DNA of 46,847 nt, taken from sequence record NC_024793.1; one strand, given 5' to 3'. The stretch comes from Escherichia phage vB_EcoS_AHP42. Shown here piece after piece: positions 42,660 to 46,847 of this stretch (position 1 is the first letter of the stretch; every line of letters starts with the position of its first letter). The notes below the pieces were generated by a model. The model searched no databases, was not told where the DNA came from, and was given only the letters and a program-made list of their open reading frames with translations. The position numbers were made by a program, and so were the translations under genes.

Positions 42660-42708
42660 CATTTCATCGAAACGAGGCAACAAACAACAATCAACGAGAG
42701 GAATTATC

Positions 42709-43251
42709 ATGAGCAAAACGACCTTAGGTGAAGTAATTCGATTCATGGCTAAAAAGGCACTCCAGTCAGAAGATAAGGAGTTCAAGGTTCCAGTTCGAGA
42801 TATTTACCGACAAATTAGAGGTCATGATTACCCGGAAATGGAGACTGATGATAAAACCGGGGATATTATCAACCTTGGAGAGCGGAAGTTGAGTGAGTTA
42901 AAGAACTCATACATTCATAATACATTGTCACGAATGAGAGAGTTGCGTGAGGCTAAGTATATCGCCCGTTATCAATTCATCTGGATTGATGCGGATGGTG
43001 AAGATACCACGCCCCGCCAGTATGATGGCGATGGTGCTGATAAATACCTGCTAATCCATCTCACCGAGGGGGTTAAGGAGCCAAAAGCAAAACAAAGAGA
43101 GAAAGAAGAAAAGGAGCGGGCTGTTATTGAGAAGTTCAAATCTCGCTTGCTTAAGTTATCACCTAACGTACTGGATTTTGAAGGTGATGAGCTGACTGGC
43201 GCAGTTAAGGCTATCCGCATGTATCAAGAGATGATCAAGGAGTTTAACTAA
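42709..43251 (+). CDS. hypothetical early protein
   Basis: 180 aa, first gene after a long AT-rich regulatory region; promoter is extended -10 TGcTATAGT without the dyad. Confidence 0.5.
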   Translation: MSKTTLGEVIRFMAKKALQSEDKEFKVPVRDIYRQIRGHDYPEMETDDKTGDIINLGERKLSELKNSYIHNTLSRMRELREAKYIARYQFIWIDADGEDTTPRQYDGDGADKYLLIHLTEGVKEPKAKQREKEEKERAVIEKFKSRLLKLSPNVLDFEGDELTGAVKAIRMYQEMIKEFN

Positions 43252-43811
43252 TGTTTGATTTCGACGAAGATAAGTTAACTGATGACCAGGTGATGGAAGT
43301 CGCCAGGCAAGATAACCTGCCGCCACTTCGTGTGGCAATCAATACTAATGGATACCGCCAATCATTCAATTTCTGGCCCAGCGCCGAAGAGATGCTGTGC
43401 GTCAAGTTGAGCTACAAATACGGCGTAGTAGTGAGCAGGATTAGCCGCCAGGGCTGGAATGGAGTGGTTGGCATTCGATCTCTATACGAGGCAATCCGAA
43501 AGGTCCAGCCATTCGTCGGGCGCGAAGGGATTATGCATGACCTGACAAATAACATCATCCCAGAACTACAGGAGGCGGGAATTGTTTGCCTCATTGGCGA
43601 TAAGATTTATGTTCATCCGGCCCTGGTTGGGATGGATAAGGACGACGTGCAAAACTGGTGCAGCCAGTACCGATCCGACGCGCCACGCTCACACTACGTG
43701 CCACCGCAAACAACAATCCATGGCTATGATGCCGATGAGGTGGAGAAGGCCATACAGTTCTACCGGAAAGCGAAAGCTCTCCTGAATGGTGAATATAGCA
43801 CAAATTGCTAA
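43251..43811 (+). CDS. hypothetical protein, minimised paralog of the 529-aa protein
   Basis: N-terminus MFDFDEDKLTDDQVMEVARQDNLPPLRVAINTNGYRQS and C-terminal block GVVGIRSLYEAIRKVQPF...CLIGDKIYVHPALVG match the termini of 38349..39938; the central domain is absent. Confidence 0.55.
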   Translation: MFDFDEDKLTDDQVMEVARQDNLPPLRVAINTNGYRQSFNFWPSAEEMLCVKLSYKYGVVVSRISRQGWNGVVGIRSLYEAIRKVQPFVGREGIMHDLTNNIIPELQEAGIVCLIGDKIYVHPALVGMDKDDVQNWCSQYRSDAPRSHYVPPQTTIHGYDADEVEKAIQFYRKAKALLNGEYSTNC

Positions 43812-43838
43812 ACAATAAATTGGGTAGTCAGCTATGAT
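43796..43838 (+). promoter_or_regulatory. dyad-associated promoter
   Basis: TAGCAC-aaa-TTGCTA (codes the C-terminus of the upstream protein), 22 nt, TATGAT. Confidence 0.5.
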
Positions 43839-43868
43839 TACCCTATCAACAACAAAGAGGAAATAACC

Positions 43869-44099
43869 ATGAAAGCTGTAATTATTGAAGATTTCGCAGG
43901 CGCTCGCACAGAGGTGTCAACCTCAGTACATTACGAAGGCATCGTTAGTATTGATATCAACTTCGGTAACCATGGCGACGGATGTGCGCTTGCTCACTAT
44001 ACTGCCTACCAAGCGCGCAAACTGGCGGCGGCGCTTATTCAGGCGGCTGAGGGGATTGAGAATGGTAAGGGTTACACTGGTCGGCGTAGGAGCGAGTAA
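43869..44099 (+). CDS. hypothetical protein
   Basis: 76 aa with RBS AAGAGGAAATAACC-ATG, downstream of a palindrome-associated promoter. Confidence 0.45.
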   Translation: MKAVIIEDFAGARTEVSTSVHYEGIVSIDINFGNHGDGCALAHYTAYQARKLAAALIQAAEGIENGKGYTGRRRSE

Positions 44100-44149
44100 A
44101 TTCAGTATCATAATTGAAGCAAATGACAACTAAACGATAGGAAGCTAAC

Positions 44150-44383
44150 ATGATTACCATTAACCTTTCAGAAGAGCATGCTGCCGAGATTAGGGCTATA
44201 CTAATGCATTGCCTTAGCCGCAAGATGTTTAGCGCGTCAGAATCGCTTACAGAGGTTGTAAATCAGATTCGAAATCAGGAGTTTGAAGATATACTGCCGT
44301 GGGAAGAGGACTTGGCCTGGCTTGAGTACGAGCAGATTTGCACGGCACTATCAGGCTGCCAACTGGCTAGCCAATACAAGTGA
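44150..44383 (+). CDS. hypothetical protein
   Basis: 77 aa with RBS TAGGAAG. Confidence 0.45.
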   Translation: MITINLSEEHAAEIRAILMHCLSRKMFSASESLTEVVNQIRNQEFEDILPWEEDLAWLEYEQICTALSGCQLASQYK

Positions 44384-44621
44384 CAATCTACGAACACACA
44401 TTCAGCAGCAGGGGTATCGATATGCTCCTGCATTACGTAGACGAACAATACGCCATGTTGATGCAGAGGACGCACGGCGGCACTATAACGAGGATTGAGA
44501 TATGTACTACTATATGATTCCTATTGAAGATTTAATGCTTGATTACAGTCATGGCTACATTGCGGTATGCGACGCTGATACAATGACTGCATATGTTGAC
44601 TTTGAATTTGAGGATTGAGAT

Positions 44622-44921
44622 ATGAGTAAGTACGAAAAAGAGATTATTGGCCTGGACGGCACCAAGACTACGGTTGATGTATATCGCGTCATCGCAGCAT
44701 TTGGCGTAACGGACCCGGCACTACAGCATGCCATCAAAAAGGTACTGTGCAGCGGCATTCGAACACGACATAAGGATTACCCTACCGACATCAATGAGGC
44801 CATTGTATCGCTTCAGAAGGCCATAGAATTCCATGATCAAAGGGGTGCACATGTCCAGGAACTTATAGACAAGTATCGCAACGGACCTAAACATTATCTT
44901 GATAGCTGGAGCAACAAATAG
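44622..44921 (+). CDS. hypothetical protein
   Basis: 99 aa with RBS GAGGATTGAGAT-ATG; its TAG stop lies in the next dyad element. Confidence 0.45.
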   Translation: MSKYEKEIIGLDGTKTTVDVYRVIAAFGVTDPALQHAIKKVLCSGIRTRHKDYPTDINEAIVSLQKAIEFHDQRGAHVQELIDKYRNGPKHYLDSWSNK

Positions 44922-44961
44922 CACAAATTGCTAAACATCCATCGCAAGGATGCGTTACCAT
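44919..44961 (+). promoter_or_regulatory. dyad-associated promoter
   Basis: TAGCAC-aaa-TTGCTA overlapping the upstream stop, 22 nt, TACCAT, then TTTATCGAAATGAGACGAGG. Confidence 0.45.
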
Positions 44962-44993
44962 TACTTTATCGAAATGAGACGAGGAAAGATTAA

Positions 44994-45122
44994 ATGTGTG
45001 GATATGATGAGTTGCCAAGTGAATGGTGTAAAAAGATGATGGATGAGGCTAAAGATGGGGATGAAGTAATGGCGTACTTTGAGTTGATGAACATGTGGCA
45101 TGAGCGCGAGGAGAAGAAATGA
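44994..45122 (+). CDS. hypothetical small protein (42 aa)
   Basis: Not in the track; RBS GAGGAAAG; stop overlaps the next start as ATGA. Confidence 0.35.
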   Translation: MCGYDELPSEWCKKMMDEAKDGDEVMAYFELMNMWHEREEKK

Positions 45123-45412
45123 AGATTTACGTATTCACTGGCAACTTATTGGCAGCCAACGATTCTGAGGGTGGAGACGGCAAGCGAGCAATTCATATGG
45201 GGAGTAAGAAACAAACAATGAGGCGCATATCTATTGATGAAGCAATTAAAATTGGTAGCTTCGTTTGCTTGTGGGTATGTGATGGTGAGCTTCAAGCGGA
45301 ACAGGTTAGGAATGGTTACGTATATACTGGATATGATGAATATGACGATGATAGAGAGTTGTTTCAGCCTGCATTTTATCTCGACGCTGAATTTTACATC
45401 GCTGGAGAATAA
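45119..45412 (+). CDS. hypothetical protein
   Basis: 97 aa, coupled to the upstream small ORF. Confidence 0.45.
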   Translation: MKIYVFTGNLLAANDSEGGDGKRAIHMGSKKQTMRRISIDEAIKIGSFVCLWVCDGELQAEQVRNGYVYTGYDEYDDDRELFQPAFYLDAEFYIAGE

Positions 45413-45415
45413 CCC

Positions 45416-45550
45416 ATGATATGGATTCACACGTACTACACTGGCAAGTTCAATAGCGTAATGCACAAACGAATGTATGACAGCTATGAATCAGCAAAGG
45501 CACAGCAGGCAGTCCTAGGTGGCGATATTCAATCTTACAAGAAGGCTTAA
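45416..45550 (+). CDS. hypothetical small protein (44 aa)
   Basis: Not in the track; fills the gap between neighbouring genes; weak RBS. Confidence 0.3.
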   Translation: MIWIHTYYTGKFNSVMHKRMYDSYESAKAQQAVLGGDIQSYKKA

Positions 45551-45552
45551 TC

Positions 45553-45792
45553 ATGTTCGGACTTACTCAACCACAATTTAATGCAGTTCGCGCCCAAGCT
45601 AAGAAACTTAACGAGGCGGTGGATAAGCTGACAAGCAAGCAGAAGCAGGATAATGACATCATGAAGGCGATTATCTGTGAGTTTCATAGCCCAGTCAGTA
45701 CAATCATCGAGAAGATGAAGTTTGTTTGGGTTGCAGGCTATCTTGCTGGTCGCGTAGGTAAGCGTGAAGATGGGGAGCAGATTTATGACTAA
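45553..45792 (+). CDS. hypothetical protein
   Basis: 79 aa, starts 2 nt after the upstream stop. Confidence 0.45.
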   Translation: MFGLTQPQFNAVRAQAKKLNEAVDKLTSKQKQDNDIMKAIICEFHSPVSTIIEKMKFVWVAGYLAGRVGKREDGEQIYD

Positions 45793-45979
45793 ATCACTAG
45801 GGAAAGTCAGATGTGTTGGGTCTTACAATGATAAGAAGTTCAAAACTGGTAAATCTTACAGCATTTTGTCATCACCCGCATATGGTTGGGTTAAATGTGA
45901 GTCAGAAGATGGGTGTATAGAGATGGTTAAAGATGGCAATGACATTGAGTTTGGTTACTTTGAGGTATTTTATGACTGA
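45785..45979 (+). CDS. hypothetical protein
   Basis: ATG at 45785 with upstream GGGGAG overlaps the upstream stop; the track GTG start at 45764 is less likely. Confidence 0.4.
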   Translation: MTKSLGKVRCVGSYNDKKFKTGKSYSILSSPAYGWVKCESEDGCIEMVKDGNDIEFGYFEVFYD

Positions 45980-46265
45980 GCTATCAATCTGGTTCCTGGC
46001 TGGCATGTTGACGTGGATTTATTTCGTCGTCATGGCTTGACGAAAATGTTAAAAGTGGTTAGTATTAACCACGTAGACGGCAATGACCGTAACGCTCATC
46101 GCGGAGATGCAAGCCGATAGCCGGGCTGGATAAAGATACGAGGCAAATAAAACCGCAGTTAGACATTGAGTGCTTAGCATAGCGCACGCCTTAATGCAGT
46201 AAGTCGGACTTGACCTTCCGAGGATTGTGAAACCTCCCCGCATTCGGTAAGCGGGACTCATTCTA

Positions 46266-46341
46266 GTTCTGCTGGCGTAACAGGATAACGCAGAGACCTC
46301 CTAAGTCTCAGTTGCTGGTTCGAGTCCAGCGCAGAACGCCA
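46266..46341 (+). tRNA. tRNA-Arg (anticodon CCT, reads AGG)
   Basis: Hand-folded 76-nt cloverleaf: 7-bp acceptor stem GTTCTGC/GCAGAAC, U8, D-stem GCGT/ACGC with GG in the D-loop, anticodon stem GAGAC/GTCTC, loop CTCCTAA, T-stem GCTGG/CCAGC, T-loop TTCGAGT, discriminator G and encoded CCA. Confidence 0.85.
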
Positions 46342-46354
46342 ATCAACCAGCACC

Positions 46355-46570
46355 ATGTGCATTGAGGTAAATATGAAAATTGTAACCATCATCGTTAAAG
46401 ACACAAATACAGGCAGCATCGCTAAGTACAATATCAAACTTAAAGAAGGTGAAAAGAGAGAGCACCTTGGTTTAATGAATGGTGTTTACACATGCATTAA
46501 TCTTGAACATGACAAATCGCTTGATAAGCATGTATTTGACAAGATGCTAGAGAGCGCAATGGATGAATAA
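46355..46570 (+). CDS. hypothetical protein
   Basis: 71 aa starting 14 nt after the tRNA. Confidence 0.45.
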   Translation: MCIEVNMKIVTIIVKDTNTGSIAKYNIKLKEGEKREHLGLMNGVYTCINLEHDKSLDKHVFDKMLESAMDE

Positions 46571-46748
46571 CTACGAAGTCCGTTTAACTTCCCGCCTAAT
46601 GGGCAGGCAATGCAAATCTTGCCAGCAATCCTACGAAGGTAGGTTTCTTGCTAACGGCCCTGAAGAAGCAGTTGCAGCCGCAAAGGCAGCATTTAAGATT
46701 GACCTGACAGTTCACAAAGTCAGCGTTGATAAAGTATCCCTCGTTTGA
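46563..46748 (+). CDS. hypothetical protein
   Basis: 61 aa overlapping the upstream gene by 8 nt; followed by a strong terminator. Confidence 0.45.
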   Translation: MNNYEVRLTSRLMGRQCKSCQQSYEGRFLANGPEEAVAAAKAAFKIDLTVHKVSVDKVSLV

Positions 46749-46775
46749 GATTGGTCATCTCGCAATGCAGTACTT

Positions 46776-46800
46776 CGCCCTCCTTGTGAGGGCTTTTTTT
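46776..46800 (+). terminator. rho-independent terminator
   Basis: GCCCTC-CTTGT-GAGGGC followed by seven T. Confidence 0.75.
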
Positions 46801-46847
46801 CGTCCATAGTCATGGTACAATGACTTTTAAAACAGGAGGAATATCAA

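Noticed and set aside
44283-44498. 71-aa ORF overlapping gene 44150..44383.
   Set aside because: Arg-rich low-complexity translation, 100-nt overlap with a better gene and no RBS; the interval is more likely occupied by small ORFs with the duplicated RBS.
46045-46265. Possible second tRNA upstream of tRNA-Arg (anticodon-like loop TTGTGAA in GAGG-ATTGTGAAA-CCTC).
   Set aside because: Only a 4-bp stem with a 9-nt loop; no canonical T-arm or acceptor stem could be folded.
1-46847. Lysogeny module (integrase, CI-like repressor, excisionase), CRISPR arrays, reverse transcriptase/DGR or retron elements.
   Set aside because: No ORF with tyrosine or serine recombinase features, no repeat-spacer arrays and no RT motifs were seen; the Rha-family protein alone does not indicate temperate lifestyle.

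Overview
The window reads as a near-complete genome of a virulent T1-like (Drexlerviridae-type) siphophage of enterobacteria; all calls come from reading the sequence and ORF track, with no database search. The left half (1-21.2 kb, + strand) is a packaging, head and tail module: small terminase, HNH endonuclease, large terminase, portal, Mu-F-like head protein, protease/scaffold, a collagen-like protein, major capsid, neck proteins, major tail, chaperone pair, tape measure, then lambda M/L/K/I/J-like tail-tip genes with a second HNH inserted between the L-like and K-like genes. The right half (21.2-46.8 kb) is a mosaic of short divergent transcription units: a Cor-like lipoprotein, a Rha-family regulator, a recombination set (PD-(D/E)XK exonuclease, Erf-like annealing protein, SSB), a minus-strand tailspike with a beta-helix domain, primase, SF2 helicase, VRR-NUC nuclease, an HTH-metallophosphoesterase, a third HNH, a pinholin/SAR-endolysin/unimolecular-spanin lysis cassette, many small unknown genes and a tRNA-Arg(CCU). 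The 3' end of the window supplies an AGGAGG ribosome-binding site for the ORF at position 1, so the sequence is probably a circularly permuted complete genome linearised at the small terminase gene. No integrase, CI-like repressor, CRISPR array or reverse transcriptase was seen. The most interesting signal is a family of at least 13 conserved promoter/operator elements (dyad aTAGCAC-N3-TTGCTAaa, 21-22 bp, a -10-like hexamer, then a conserved CATCGAAACGA leader) that punctuate the right half and mark gene-cassette boundaries. Other leads are a single in-frame TGA joining the collagen-like ORF to the next ORF, a minimised paralog of a 529-aa protein, AGG/AGA-rich codon islands matched by the phage tRNA, and two homologous AT-rich repeat regions at strand-switch points.
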